Assembly: GCA_964016885.1 (NCBI GenBank)
Contig: OZ024741.1
Location: forward strand, 149,482,001 to 149,546,000
Direction: 5' to 3'
Source: Eledone cirrhosa
Lineage: Eukaryota
Length of the DNA: 64,000 nt
Shown: piece by piece, positions 24,499 through 38,939 of the stretch
How positions within the stretch are numbered: the first letter of the stretch is position 1
Layout of the letters: every line of letters begins with the position of its first letter
Program-made: the position numbers and the translations under genes
Notes under the pieces: model-generated
Database searches by the model: none
Seen by the model: only the letters and a program-made list of their open reading frames with translations
What the model was told of the DNA's origin: nothing

Positions 24499-25675
24499 AT
24501 TATTTCAAACTGTCATATCCACCAGTCTTCATTGAAAAATTCAGCAAATGAGAAGCTCTACATGGTCATCCCACCTGCTAGAAATAGTGGTCAAATCTCT
24601 CTCAAATAATATCCTAATACTTTTAAAAAATGAAGAATATATTGCATTAAGTAGTCATAGACACACATTTTTTAAAATAAATGACAGGATGGTCACGGCT
24701 GGAATGCCTTTAATTTTGGATTTGTTACATCAGAGATTGACATGGGTCTAACAATAATAACTGAAAGCTTTATCTTCATATAGTGAGATGAGTTCATGTA
24801 AGAGTTATTTAGTGTGTTGGGAGTCAAGCCATGCAAAAGGAGTCCAAACCTCTCCATTATATATTTTTCTCTTTCACTGGAAATCAGAAAAGAAGTGTCG
24901 GTTGTTGAAAGACCTTTATAATGTTGGATTTAGACATGGTGAGGCTCTAAACAATCAGATCTCATATCCCATAATATCCATACTTGGAGATTGTTTAAGG
25001 TTGTGTAACAAATTAAATTAGCAAGAATGTAGCAAAAATTGACAGAATCATTAAACCATTGGACCAAATATTTTAATATTTGTTCTGGCAATCTACATTT
25101 TGAGTTCAAATCCAACAGAAGTCAACTTTGGCTTCCATCTTTTTGAGGTCAATAAAATAAGTATCAGTCCTGGGCTATGTATTGGTGGAATTGTCAAAAC
25201 ATTGGACAAAATAACCTTATGTTATTTGTTTAAGCTCTTTACATTGTGTCCCATTTGGTTAATAAATGACTTAATAGCTTACATATCTGTATGGACCTTT
25301 GACTCATGATCAAGCTATAGGGATTCCATCATGACATATGGCATATTTTGAGCACTATAAACTTGGTGAAGCCCATCCCCTCTCCATGTCTGAACACAGC
25401 CAATTTCTTCCAGAGAAAGAGAAATAGTGAGAGAGAATGAGAGGGGAAGTGAGAAAGAGGGATAGAGGAATAATATTCCCCAGTACTAGAGTAGTTCTTT
25501 TTTTATTGACCTTGAAAGGATGAAAGGCAAAGTTGACCTCAATGAATTTGAACTTGGAGCACAGGAAGCTGGGACTTACTTATACTACAAAGAATTTTTT
25601 ATATATTACAAGTAATAAAATAAAATCTAAGAAAAGGGGGGGAAAAGGCAACCAAAAGTATTTAAATATACACAC

Positions 25676-25714
25676 TTTGATATATTCTGGTGTGAAAGTA
25701 CGTTCATTCCAAAT
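25676..25714 (-). CDS. GALC: GALC exon, 39 bp, IWNERTFTPEYIK (acid/base Glu)
   Basis: ttccag / gtgtgt; WNE clan GH-A motif. Confidence 0.93.
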
Positions 25715-26653
25715 CTGGAACAAAAAAATAGCAATTTTAATAGTAATTAGAAATGTAACAAAGTGTAATTATTTGGATTATTAACCTCATGTCTAGAGAT
25801 AAAAGGTTTCAATTAGTTTGATCTTTCATCATCGTCAGGTATCGTATTCCTATGTATTATCATCATCATCATCGTTTTATGTACCCTTTCCCTGCTAGCA
25901 TGGGCTGGATGTGTTATTACAGACCAAGATTAGACATGTTCGAGTAACCAATCTTGCTTGATACTTCCTTATTTGGCATAGGTTCTACAGCTAGATGACC
26001 TTCCAAATACCAACCACCTTACAGGGTGGGCTTCATGTATTTGTTGTCACCAGCACTAACATGTCTGCATTTTATTATGGTGCCAATACTAACACTTTAC
26101 AAGGTATACTGGGCGCATTTTATCATGGTACCAACGCTATAGAGTTGTTGTTGTTGCTGTCATTATTATTAAAGAAATCGTAAAAAAAAAATAAAGAAAT
26201 CATTATTATTATGATTCCTTTGAAAGTTATATGCAAGCTACTACTGCATCACCAGATGTACCTCCATATATTTCAGATGCAAGCATCACTGTGTATTCTT
26301 ATTTTTGTGAAAGGGGAGTATAAACTCCTCCTGTTATTGTACTGTATCAGTCTTCTTTTGTTATGGGCATTAGCTTGTTGCTTTGGGTGTTATTTTAGTG
26401 CTAGTTCTGTAGTGCATGGTTTGTGTAATGTAAGTTCATTATCATCATCACTGTCTAACATCCATTTTTCCATGCTAGCATGGGTTAGATGTGTTGTCCC
26501 GTTATGAGACAAGCCAGATCAGATGACTGTCTCTTGCACATACAGAACTGATTTGGGCTTGATTTCTATGGCTGGATGCCCTTTCTAATGCCAACCATAT
26601 TTACAATGTGTACTGGGTGCTATGTTATTTTATTGGATATTAATCTTGTAGAG

Positions 26654-29600
26654 CAGTGCTACTGAAAGTGGTGGTCCGCCGACTGTTGCCGGTACGCGAG
26701 CCATCAGCTACCAGTACGCGGCCAGTGCCCAGGCCATGCTAAGGAATCATTTGAGAAATTGGTAGAATCTAAGGAATTTCAAGGAAATTTTAGGCTGTGA
26801 CTGCTAGTTTCAGTAATTTGTCCTTATGCAATGAAAACTGGGGGTGAAAATTATATGACAATAATAGGTAAATTAACCTGATAGTAAAAATATAAGTTGA
26901 TAATATATCATAGTTTTCTATGAAGAAAGAAAGTCAAATAACAGAAAATGGACCGTGCGGCATCAGTTTCGGTGACTAAACGACCTACTGCAGTAAGTAA
27001 ACAATTTATCAGTTGGCCGGTGGTGACGTACTTACCGGCTGTGGTAGAGATTATGTAAGTAAATGTAGTATATTTGTGATATTGTAATGCCGCCGAATGA
27101 TACTTTAGTCTCCCTTCAAAACCATGCTCCCTTTACTTCGGCCCGTATCCTCAAATAAATTATTTCTTCCCTTAATGTAACTGTTTTCTCACGCTTAAAA
27201 TAGCCTGATTAATTCTTAACAGTAAAAAAACATTATTTACGTGGTATTCCCTCAGTAAATTAATGTTATGCCCTCTGTAATCCCTTAGCCTCCTCTATCG
27301 CCTCGACACCATCAAACAGGTGACTGACTTGTTCTGTATTCATTCCTTTCTCATGATAAAAAGAAGTGTCATCTGGCCTTGTGGTATTGAGATTATGACG
27401 TATAAGGATGTAGAGAAGTAGATGATATATATTTGCTGGTGTGATCAAGATTATGTGAGTGGATAAGTAACGATAAACAATTCTCCTCCTCTCCTGCCTC
27501 AACGCCATCAAACAGGCATCATCCCCTTCAGGCCTCCCCCTAACCAGACAATACACCCATATTCACCCACAGCCCCGCCTTCCCCTGTTAATTTTGTAAA
27601 TTCCCTAGTGCCCTAGAGATGAAATAAACCCCAAGTTTTGTGTAATATGCCATGTGAAGAGATCTATCTGAAGGAGATTGCTATAAGGTTTTTAGGGAAG
27701 TTTCCCTAGTACTCGCGAGAAGCAGTTTGTATGTTGAACCCCCCGCGGGGGTTTTTTTTGGGGGGGGGGGGGTAGACTTGTGAAATCAGAGTGTGGTATA
27801 TATGGAGGGCCTCAGGTAGCGGCTAACTGGTTCACCTAAGCCAATCTTTGGTTTGCAACACACGGTGCTCACGAGGAAGTCAGAAGTATATACCTGGGGT
27901 TATGGAATTTATATTAATTATTTCTATCCCTAATTTACAGATGGCGAAGCGAGGCTCTATGGACATATTTATCAAGCCAAAACATCCGCTTGCTGAACCC
28001 GCAAGTAATTTTGAATCAGATGAAGGCGATGTAAATGAAACCGAAGTATTGCAGAGAAAAAGAATTTGCACTAGCTTTACTCGGAAATATGACTCCTCAT
28101 ACATTCAATTCGGTTTTGTAGCCACGAATGATGGGGAATGCAAAAACCACAGTGTGTAATTTGTGGAGAAGTGTTGGCTAACGAGTCAATGAAGCCATCA
28201 AATCTCAAGAGACATTTAAATACAAAACAAAGAAATGAGTTCAAAGCCAAAAGAGTTCTTTGAAAGAAAGCATGTTGATTTAAAAGGCTGTCAGAAACAG
28301 ATGTTTGAAGTGTCACACATAAATACTTATGTTTTGCGGGCTTCTTATAAAGTAGCACTTCGAGTTGCCAAGGCTAAAAAAGCCATACACAATCGGTGAG
28401 ACACTAGTGATAGGCTGTATTAAAGATGTCTGCATGGAAATGCTAGGCGAGCCAGCGGCAAAGAAAGTGGCTCAGGTGCCACTTTCAAATGACACTATAG
28501 CTCAACGAATTCACAATCTGGAAGATCAGCTCATAGAACAAATTAAATTAGCAAAGTACTTTTTTTTGCAGCTTGATGAATGTACAGACTTTGCTAATCA
28601 GGCAATTCTGATGGTGTATGTGCGCTTTGAACATAAAGCTGATTTGAAGGAAGAGATTTTTTCTCTGCTTCACTACCAACAAAAACAACTAGTTCTGAAG
28701 TGTTCAAGACTGTGAGCGACTACATCGTTAACAAATGTGGGTTGGATTTCAAGTTTTGTGTAAGCGTGTGTTCTGATGGCGCTGCCGCAATGATAGAACG
28801 GCATTCGGGAGTGGTTACCCAGATTAAGGCGCATACCCCAGAATGCAAGTCGACGCACTGCTTCCTTCACCGAGAAAGTCTTGCAACCAAACAGTGTACT
28901 CAGCGAGATTGTAAAAATTGTGAACCATGTAAAGGCGAATGCTTTAAATTCGAGACTATTCACTGCATTATGTGATAATATGGGAGCTGATCACAAACAG
29001 CTCCTATTGCATGCCAATGTACGTTGGCTATCGAGGGGTAAAGTCCTGCCAAGAGTATTTGAGCTACGAAACGAGCTTTTCGAGTTTCTTCATGACAAAA
29101 AACCAAATTGGTCACAATTGTTCACAGATGTGGATTGGCTAGCCAAGCTGGCTTATTTGGCTGATATCTCTGCCATCTTTAATGATCTCAACACCTCCAT
29201 GCAGAGAAGGATGGCTTCGTGTTTTACAATGGCAGACAAGATCGACGGACAGAAACGAAAACTAGAAGCATGGAAGAGTTGAGTGTCAAGAGATTGTTAT
29301 GACATGTTTCATCAATTAGCGACAATCATCGGTGATACAGGCGAAGACCTTGATATTACATCTCTACAAAATGTCATCAGTGAACACTTGACGAATCTGG
29401 CAGACTGGTTTCAGTTTTACTTCCCAGCAGAAGAAGATCCTCCACGGAAAGGGGATGGATGGATCCGAAATCTGTTTATTCCACTGCAAGATGACTTAAG
29501 TGTCAGTATGGAGGATAAATTGTTGGAGCTGGCTGCTGACGGAGGATTGAAGAGGAGTTTCGAAACTACAACATCACTTGGTTCATTTTGGATAGAAGTG

Positions 29601-30071
29601 AAAGCAGAATATCCTGAGCTTAATGAAATTGCTCTGAAAACTCTTCTCCCATTTCCTTCAACATACCTCTGCGAGACTGGCTTCTCAACCATGAGTGTTA
29701 AGATATAGTACAGGAATAATATGGATATTCATTCTCCATTGCGCGTGGCACTGTCCTCAATTGAACCACGACTGGATAAACTGACAAAAAAGAAGCAGGC
29801 TCACCTTTCACACTAGTAAAGATTAAGGTTATATAATTTTTATTTTTGTGTTAATAAACTGCTTGTTATTTTTTTTATTACTTTTTTATGTTTTGATATT
29901 GTATTATTTGTTTACAAAATAAATAGAAGATAAAAAAATGGTCAACTTTTATTATATTCATTATATATATCGTTTCCGGTATAAATTAATATTACTACGA
30001 AATATTAGCGGTACGTGGCACATTGAAAAAAATATGCTGGTCCGCCACATCAGATAGTTTGAGAAGCACTG
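26654..30071 (+). mobile_element. hAT transposon, Buster/Charlie type, with both ends
   Basis: TIRs CAGTGCTACTGAAAGT / CAGTGCTTCTCAAACT; perfect 8-bp TSD TTGTAGAG at 26646-26653 and 30072-30079 (NNNTANNN pattern). Confidence 0.95.
27941..29816 (+). pseudogene. Frameshifted hAT transposase (ZBED5/Buster-like)
   Basis: RKYDSSYIQFGF, BED finger CVIC..LKRH, LQLDECTD, CSDGA, HCFLHRE, VRWLSRG, FPSTYLCETGFS, QAHLSH*; several frameshifts. Confidence 0.92.
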
Positions 30072-30141
30072 TTGTAGAGTATATGTTATGAGATGTAGGC
30101 TGTCCCTACTAGAGATACTTTTTAGATATTACAATACTTAC

Positions 30142-30306
30142 CCCAACGAAGTCTATGGTCAAATTATGGTAGATCTTGGCACCAAGAATCCATTTAGTTA
30201 CATAGTTTGCTGTCAACAGGGGAGCTGTGTAAGGACTCAAAGTTCCATTACCAATCCAATGAGGGAAGGCCCAAGGGAGACAATACAGTTTAATTGAAGG
30301 GTTTCT
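30142..30306 (-). CDS. GALC: GALC exon, 165 bp, [19 protein letters not shown]...[14 protein letters not shown]
   Basis: tttcag / gtaagt; 55 open codons; LPWxFP motif. Confidence 0.96.
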
Positions 30307-30414
30307 CTGAAAGATATTTATGGAATGGTTATGTCAGAAGATTGGTTTTAAATGACTGAAATTATAATGTTTATAATACAGTGTGGAAAGTGAGTGACAG
30401 CACATATCAAGATG

Positions 30415-31060
30415 ATGATCATCATCATCATTTTATATCTGCTTTTCCATGGTTGAATGGGTTGGATGGATCCTTTTCAGCACAGTATCTCTCTACTCAT
30501 CACAATCCTTTGTCATCTCTTCCATGAGCTTCAGGATTTGAGATCAGCTATCACCACTTCCTTCCACTGAGATTTCTTGGAACTTCTTCACTCACCAAAC
30601 ATTATCCATGCACATGACATGTCCATACCAGTATACCAGTGCAGTCTTCTCTCCTACACACTATAGCTGATCCCTCTTATATCCAGTTTCTCTCTCAGTT
30701 TATCGAAGCTTTATCGTTCACACACTTTAGCATTGCACATCTATCGAAGCATGCTCATTTCATCTCTCTCTAGCCTTCACATATACTCTGCAGTCACTGT
30801 ACATGTCTCACTACCATGCAGCATAGCACATAGGCATGATACAGCCAACCATTCATTCATAGGGAGAAACCTTTTGTTGTCAACAAGGATAATAGCTCTC
30901 TAAACTCCTTCCATTCTATTCTTATTCTGGCTACTATACTCCTGTAGCACCCACCTCCATGCTAATTAAGTCACCTAGATAGCAGAAGTTATCAACTACT
31001 TCTATGGATCTTACCTAAGATTGAAAAAGGTGTGTATCATTGACACTCTTACTATGGTTA
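30415..31060 (-). mobile_element. Degenerate RTE LINE 3' fragment
   Basis: FCYLGDLISMEVG and RRLHWY remnants; CAT-rich tail. Confidence 0.75.
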
Positions 31061-31602
31061 TATTCCCTTTCCTCCTCTGCTAGAGATCACAGCAGTTTTG
31101 AAGTATATATATAGATATATATATATATATCAAAACTGTTTATATATATATATATAAACAGAATTTTATGAAGGAGAATCAAATTGCACTTATTAACAAT
31201 GCTTATTCTTTACAAATTGTTTCATATGGAAAGATATTTTAACGGTGCAATTTCAAAATGGAGGGAAAATTTAAATCTGAAATCACTGATGAATATATAT
31301 CTCACCATAATCTTCAAAAGAAGAAAACAAATGTTCACAAGAATGTCAATTAAAGATAAACATTACCACAACCAACTTGAAGAATCAACTTCATATATAA
31401 AGACACCAAAAATATGATTAAAAAATCATTATGCTACGTTGAATATTCTTGTGGTAGAAATCAGAAGCCATTTTAAAAATAAATCATATGTATATATATA
31501 TATATATAGGTAGAACACTGGAAGGTAATATCCCTAGTGGTAGAGCACTCAGTCCATGGACGAGTTTGGTAGAAGTAGTAACACAACAGTTAGTTCACCA
31601 TA

Positions 31603-31643
31603 CTGAGAACAATTGTTTCACCTTATGCGGATCTTCAGCTCGG
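31603..31643 (-). ncRNA. Minimal type-I hammerhead ribozyme motif
   Basis: CCGAG CTGAAGA TCCGCATAAGGT GAAAC AATT GT T CTCAG. Confidence 0.65.
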
Positions 31644-32886
31644 ACTGGTAATGGTTATACGGAACAGGAAAAACAAACGTATGAACGCACATGCGCAGAA
31701 ACGCTCACTTCACCCAAGTGATACAAAACCACGGGCGAAAGGTGTAAGGGAGATAACTGCAAATATCTGGAATAAAATGTTCAAGTTGATTAGAAAATTA
31801 GAATGTTGTTGTTACTCAATCCGGAGCTTTGTAGTTATGCAAGAGGTGTTTCTAGACATGTGGACAACATGAGAAGATTTCATTTCTTGAACTTAGGCAA
31901 TCGCTATTGCGTAATCTCCTTAGAATAGTTATCCTTTCTTCAATACACAGTCCACAAGACGGATTACCCCTTGCATATGGCTTGGATTTAGTGATAGCTT
32001 TCTATTGAATGGAGTAGTCTATACCTGAGTCTTTGAGGGACCATACGTGGCTTGCAAGCTTTGTGGATGATCGTTTGTCCGGGTACCTAAAGGTCGACTG
32101 ATGGTTCAGAAAGTGTTCCTTAAATCGGCCCTCTGCCATACCCACATAGGATTTGACCTCCTGTGGTTGATTTGGTTGGTTGGAAGTGACCACAGCTTCA
32201 TAAACTACAGCAGGTGTGTTGCATTGCTGTTGAAGGGGACAAGCTTCAGGCTTTCGGCAAGAGCATCCTGGTGGGGTGCTGCTCTTAGGACTGTTGGTAA
32301 TGTGGGCCTTCATATTCTTAGCGCAGGGGTACTCTAGTTTTACTCTGTGTCTGTTACAGATGGAGCGGTATTTGTGACCTATGAGAAAGTGTCTATCTAA
32401 GAGGGCAAAAAAGTTTTTTCCTACATTAGTTTTAACATTGAGTGAGAAGGTGGGAGAGAACCAGATAGTTTGTCTATTGTCACAATTTCTTTTCTTATTG
32501 TTGTTTGCGATAGTGGGAGAGTAAGTAATTGGTTGCGAGAAGCTGCTGTTAGCTAATGTCGTGTTGTAGTAGGGGGCCGCTCTGTCAAAGATTGCTTTAT
32601 TAGAAGAGAAGTTAGAGATTCTAGTACTGATATTATTTACGATGTCTCTAAAAACAGTAGGAGGGTGGCATGAGTCCTTGTGTATGTAATTAAGTTTTCA
32701 TTTAGTTTATGGAAGGGTCTGAAGGTATGTGTGGGAATGTCTAAATTAATGTCTAAGAAATCTACGCTAGAGAGGTTGGTAGCTACCGTTATCCTAAGTC
32801 CTAACTCATTAAAAGTTTGAAGTGATGGTTTCTGCACATGCGCGTTCATATGGTTGTTTTTCCTGTTCAGTATAACCATTACCAGT

Positions 32887-32927
32887 CTGAGCTGAAGATC
32901 CGCATATGGTGAAACAATTGTTCTCGG
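32887..32927 (+). ncRNA. Minimal type-I hammerhead ribozyme motif
   Basis: CTGAG CTGAAGA TCCGCATATGGT GAAAC AATT GT T CTCGG. Confidence 0.65.
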
Positions 32928-32956
32928 TATCGTGAACTAACTGTTGTGTTACTACT

Positions 32957-32987
<31 letters not shown>

Positions 32988-33719
32988 GCAGCTACAACTT
33001 CAATTCATACCTAATATTATATATATATGAGACCATAGTGTAATAGTTCACTATTTTCATTGGTAAGATGAGTTAAGTTTAATGTCCTCTTTTACCTTTT
33101 GTTCTTCAGGAGCGAACAGTTATAGCAGAGCATTTATAATTCAAAAATTCAATAAGACCAAGGATTAGTATTATTATTTTTTATTTACACATCCACGGTC
33201 GTTTCAACATGACTAGAGTACTTCATCAATTGTGAAGAAACAAGCAGATATTATCAGTTACTTAAGTCCATTATAGGTGCTCTACTCAAAGCCATATCTC
33301 TTCAGGAATTATAATAAAAAATAACAATAAATTGATTAAAATCATTGGACAAATTATCAAAAATAATACATGATTCAAAATACAAAATCAAAGGCATAAG
33401 CTTGTGTATATACATTTAGATATGCAAAAATAAAGAGTTATGAGTGTTTTTCACAACTATGTTAAAATACATCAAAGCTGTTAATTGGTTATAACAGGAG
33501 TTGTTAGAAAAGATGTTTTTATGAGATAAAATTGCAGTGCTATTTTTCTAAAGCTACCACAGAAAGATTTGAAAATTAAGAAAATATTTAGAAGATATTT
33601 TGTTAATTAGAAACTCATACAAATGTGAAATAATTACATATTAATGCAGTAAAAAAAAATGTTTTCCGAGATATATATATATCTCTGAAAGCATTTGTAG
33701 ACATTTACCTATTATTTTC

Positions 33720-34095
33720 CTGTAACTCCTGCCACTACCTAACAAGCCTCACCACTCTCCAAGGTACGAACCATTCCTTTCGCATTTGCCACTCCCTCAC
33801 TAGCACCTCCACCAATGCCATCTATGCCCTCTGATGTTCCCTTTGTGGGTCCATTTAGAACGGACAGGCAGGCCATCATCTAGTGGACCAATTCGTCGAA
33901 CACCTAAGGGACATACAACTAGATAAAGACACTCCTGTTGCCTGTCACTTCTGTTCCTCCAACCACTCTACTCAACTCTTCACTGTCTCAGGCCTCCTTT
34001 TACAACCTGGATCCACAACCATACACACCAGGACCAAGCAGAACTTAATTTTCTGCCTTGGAACCACTTTTCCGAATGGACTCAACTCCAAACAC
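33720..34095 (+). mobile_element. Second Penelope-like GIY-YIG remnant
   Basis: STNAIYAL*CSLC..GQAG..FVEHLRDI..PVACHF..LGTTFPNGLN. Confidence 0.75.
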
Positions 34096-34389
34096 TGTAC
34101 GGCGTAATTCGGGCTGTTTGTTTGTTTACAAACAAATAAACCGAGCATTATAATAAATGTTCGGTAAACCGATACGTGCATATATATATGTGTGCATGTA
34201 TGTATATATATACATACTACTGTACGTCTATATACATATATGTATGTACGTATACATACATACTTACATTTAAGTAAGTGCCGTACTAAGAGTGAGAAAT
34301 GAAATTTCGTTTCATTCTATTCTATATATATATATATAACAGTGTAGAAAACGAATAACATATAAAAGTGGTGAAAATATATTGGTTGC

Positions 34390-35405
<1,016 letters not shown>

Positions 35406-35477
35406 GAAGATAGGAAGAATACAGTTAATGGTGGTGAGAGTATGAAATAAAACTGTTATTTGTTGAAACCCCTACAC

Positions 35478-35566
35478 CTTTTTAGCCTCTTTAAGTAACC
35501 ACCATTCATAACCTCGGAAGTAGTTCTCTTCCCAGCTGTAGTGCATGTGAGATGCCTCGCTACCAT
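35478..35566 (-). CDS. GALC: GALC exon, 89 bp, (D)[29 protein letters not shown]
   Basis: ttccag / gtgtag; RGYEWW motif; phase 1 in, phase 0 out. Confidence 0.94.
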
Positions 35567-36299
35567 CTGGAACAAGCAAGTGGAAATAGTAACTAATTGT
35601 ATTCTTTTACTGAGGCACTGACATAAACAGATTTTAGTCAATCATATCAACTCTGCTACTTATTTTTTTTTAAAGCCTAGTACTTATTTTATTGGTATCT
35701 TTTTTGTTGAATTGCTAAGTTATGGGACATAAACACAGACAAAGACACAAACATAAACACAGGTGCAAACACCCACACAGACACAGACACACACATATAC
35801 ATATCATCATCATCATTTTACATCTGATTTTCCATATTTAGCTTTAGGTTACTGTTGGTTCGCCAACTTGAGCACTTGATACATAGGTGGGTCTATTAAA
35901 ATCTAGTACATGATGTTACACATTTGATGTTATACTATGGTCAGTTTCCCTCATAGGCAGGGTGTAATATTAAAATAAGTAAGAATGAGGTGTCAGAGTA
36001 TGATCATAAAGTTTATTCAGAGGTGTGACATGCGTTTCACTATTGATCAGCTCAAGGTTCAATCTGTATCAATCTGGTCTGCCTCTGTAATCAAAAGCTC
36101 ATCAAACTCTTGGTTTGTTGATGATGGGAGATATCTGCACCTTCACCACCACACCGTCATAAAGAACATATATATAAAAAGAAATTTTGACAGAAAACTC
36201 ATATATATTCGAATTGCTCACAGAATACATAAAGAAACATTTTTTAAATAATTTAATTTAGCATTTATTACAAGTTAAATAACTGTCATCATAATATTA

Positions 36300-36620
36300 C
36301 AAATAAAAAAAAAAGAAAAGGGAAAGGAAAAATACACACAAGCAGCTAATACACACATCTAGGACCACATACAACAAAAGGCAAGTGAAAAGGGTGGACA
36401 AAAAAACCGCTGCCAGAACAAAAGATAATGATATCGCGAGGAGCACTGGAAAACCTCTGTAATAATTTTTGTGGCAAGCCAGCATGTTCGCAGCGTTACC
36501 TCGAGTGATTGCAAGGCTGATGTGCTGGAATAGCCAAGTGCCTTCAAGAGCATCACCAGTTGCCTTGGTTAGATGAGCCACCAGTGAAAACAAGAACCTC
36601 GCAATTAGCGGCCCAGCTCC
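36300..36620 (-). mobile_element. 3' end of a CRE-like RLE non-LTR element
   Basis: WLFQHISLAITRGNAANML resembles the QRLSxAIQRGNA C-terminus. Confidence 0.6.
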
Positions 36621-36787
36621 CCCAAATATTTAATATTTAATATTTGATAAGATTGTTATACCTATCAAAACCAGTTATAGTTATTGCAATATTTATAAAA
36701 TTATTCATTCTGTGCATTTTTACCTTCACTTTTTAACTATAACCTTTTTTTTGTACAGGAACTTTACACCCACTTTTCAACTACATA

Positions 36788-36791
<4 letters not shown>

Positions 36792-36853
<62 letters not shown>
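36792..36853. repeat. (TA)n microsatellite, about 30 units
   Basis: Directly visible. Confidence 0.97.
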
Positions 36854-36856
<3 letters not shown>

Positions 36857-38098
36857 AAGAGGTAGAATTTCAATGGGCAAGTATGTGTGTATTTTTGTAT
36901 ATACATGTGTGTATTCATTGGATATATGTATGTGTGTGTATGTATAAATATACATGATTATCTATGTATATCATCATCATTTTACATCCGCTTTTCCCTG
37001 CTTGCAAGGGTGGGACGGGAACTGATTCTGGCTTGATTTCTACAGCCGGATGCCCTTCCTTACACCAGCCTCATTTACAGTGAGTGCTGGGTGCTTTTTT
37101 TCCGTGGCGCCTAACGTCCACTTTACAGTGTGGGCTGGGTGCTTTTTTTCCGTGGCGCCTACACGTCCACTTTACAGTGTGGGCTGGGTGCTTTATTGCC
37201 ATGGCACATCCACAACCACTTTACAGTGGAATGATAGGGACCCCAGTCCCTATCATCTCATTTCTACAGCTGAGTAAACTGGAGCAATGTGAAATAAAGT
37301 GTCTTGCTCTTTGTGTACAAATATACAGATTTGTTTATTTGTACATGCATGTTAAATAGCCATAGTGGGCAGGAATAGGAAGTGCTCTTGTCACTCACAA
37401 TTTCTCTGAGACTGGTGAGACAAACATAGTTGATGGCTAGTTTGAACATGGGTGAAAAGGGGATTCTAGTGAATCATAAGAGGGGTGATATGGGTGTGTC
37501 AGGTGGGCTTAAGTGGAAGTGTGGTGTGTAACTATTTCAGAGGAGCAGATGGTGTTGTAGTGGTGGTGTGAAACAAGAGGGGAGTGACATATCTGTGAAC
37601 TATTGTTGTTGTTGTTTAGCCCCAGGTCAGCCAAGGTCCAGCAGGCCTATGATCAAAAGTATTTCAGCCAAATCGAAAAAAGGACATCCCACCTGAGGAA
37701 GGATGTCCCACAAGGTGGAATGGCTGAATGCAGTGGGTATTGCTGGCTATATCCCACAGCAATTTTGTCCACAGGACACAACTAAGATATACCATCGAGC
37801 CAAAGATGTAGAGCTTGCTCCTCCCTATTTCTTCCTACCCTCTTTTTTTTTATATATGGTTGGAGTGCATGAAGAGTGATTTGTATAAATGGAACTTGGC
37901 CGATGTCGATACTATGGAGAGAAATTCATGGAGAGCGGCTGTGAAACATTGCCTGGTGTTGCCTACTTCAGAGTCTGAGACAACCGCAGCACCCTAAAGA
38001 CCAAAACTGGATATGGATGGATGGTTGTCATTTTGATAGGGTTTTTAGCTATGGTTATCCCATCTTATTTTTTATATCTAAGACAATATTTGCCTCAC

Positions 38099-38162
38099 CT
38101 GTGCTTTGAGCATCTCCACCAATTTCTACTTTCAGAATCTGCAAAGAGGCTCCGAATCCTGG
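38099..38162 (-). CDS. GALC: GALC exon, 64 bp, PGFGASLQILKVEIGGDAQST
   Basis: tttcag / gtgagg; conserved LKVEIGGD motif. Confidence 0.96.
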
Positions 38163-38399
38163 CTGAAATTGATGAAAAATATAAAATTCCAAAAAGGTAA
38201 AACATTTAATCAGATAATAATTATTGATTTCTACTATAGGCACAAGACCAGAAATTTGGAGGGAGGAGAAAGTCGATTAAATCGACCCCAGTGAATTACT
38301 GGTGCTTTATTTTACAATATGTGTCATTATGTTTTAAGCTCTAGTCTGTATCTAATCTCTGCCTATTTGCTTGACACTTATAGTAAGCTGAAAAATCAT

Positions 38400-38810
38400 C
38401 TCCTGCCAATGTCCAGCAATAGTCTGCAAGCATTGTTGTGCTCCATTTCCCCTGGTAGAAATATCTTAGAGAAACCTTTCACCATGTTCATCACTAACTG
38501 CCTCACAGTTCGCTGGAAAAAAAGTCTAAATGGGAGTCTAATAAATAACATGTTACATCCCATATTCTTGTAAGCCTTGATGAGGTTTTCCCCCAATTCT
38601 TCATAGTTTCCTTCCCTTCTATCTCCGAGAAATCCTTTCAACACTAACTTGAATTCTTCTCCCGCAGCTTTCTCCACCCCATGAGGCACTGATTTAAAGT
38701 CACCATCTTTAAGTTCTTGAATCTGAGGACCAATGAAGACTCCCTCTTTTATCTTAGCATCGCTCAGTGAGGGGAATTTTGATGTTTTTCATGAGTCCCA
38801 GTTTTATTCA
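38400..38810 (-). mobile_element. Chapaev-like (CMC) transposase remnant
   Basis: FPSLSDAKIKEGVFIGPQI..VEKAA..FKLVLKGFLG..NYEEL..MGCNM..SDEHGERF. Confidence 0.72.
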
Positions 38811-38939
38811 CCTCAATATATAAACTTGCACAACTCAACCACCTCCTATGACTGCTAGAACACTGAAGAGCAGTGGGACTGTGATTGTGGTAAGAAACAC
38901 ACTGCCGCAAGCCTGTTGGAGCCTGCTATGATACATATG

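Larger units (their letters stand above)
31573..32957 (-). mobile_element. Penelope-like element, 5'-truncated, with inverted terminal repeats
   Basis: RT thumb VDFLDINL; GIY-YIG AVVYEAVV..SYVGMAEGRFKEHFLNH; about 140-bp inverted repeats at 31573-31712 and 32818-32957. Confidence 0.9.

Noticed and set aside
27040-27860. Possible solo LTR nested in the hAT 5' region (AATAAA, ends GCAACA)
   Set aside because: No matching TSD or clear 5' boundary found.
33190-33310. Additional hammerhead-like motifs on the minus strand (TTGATGA..GAAAC, CTGAAGA)
   Set aside because: The core is mutated and the stems could not be closed convincingly.
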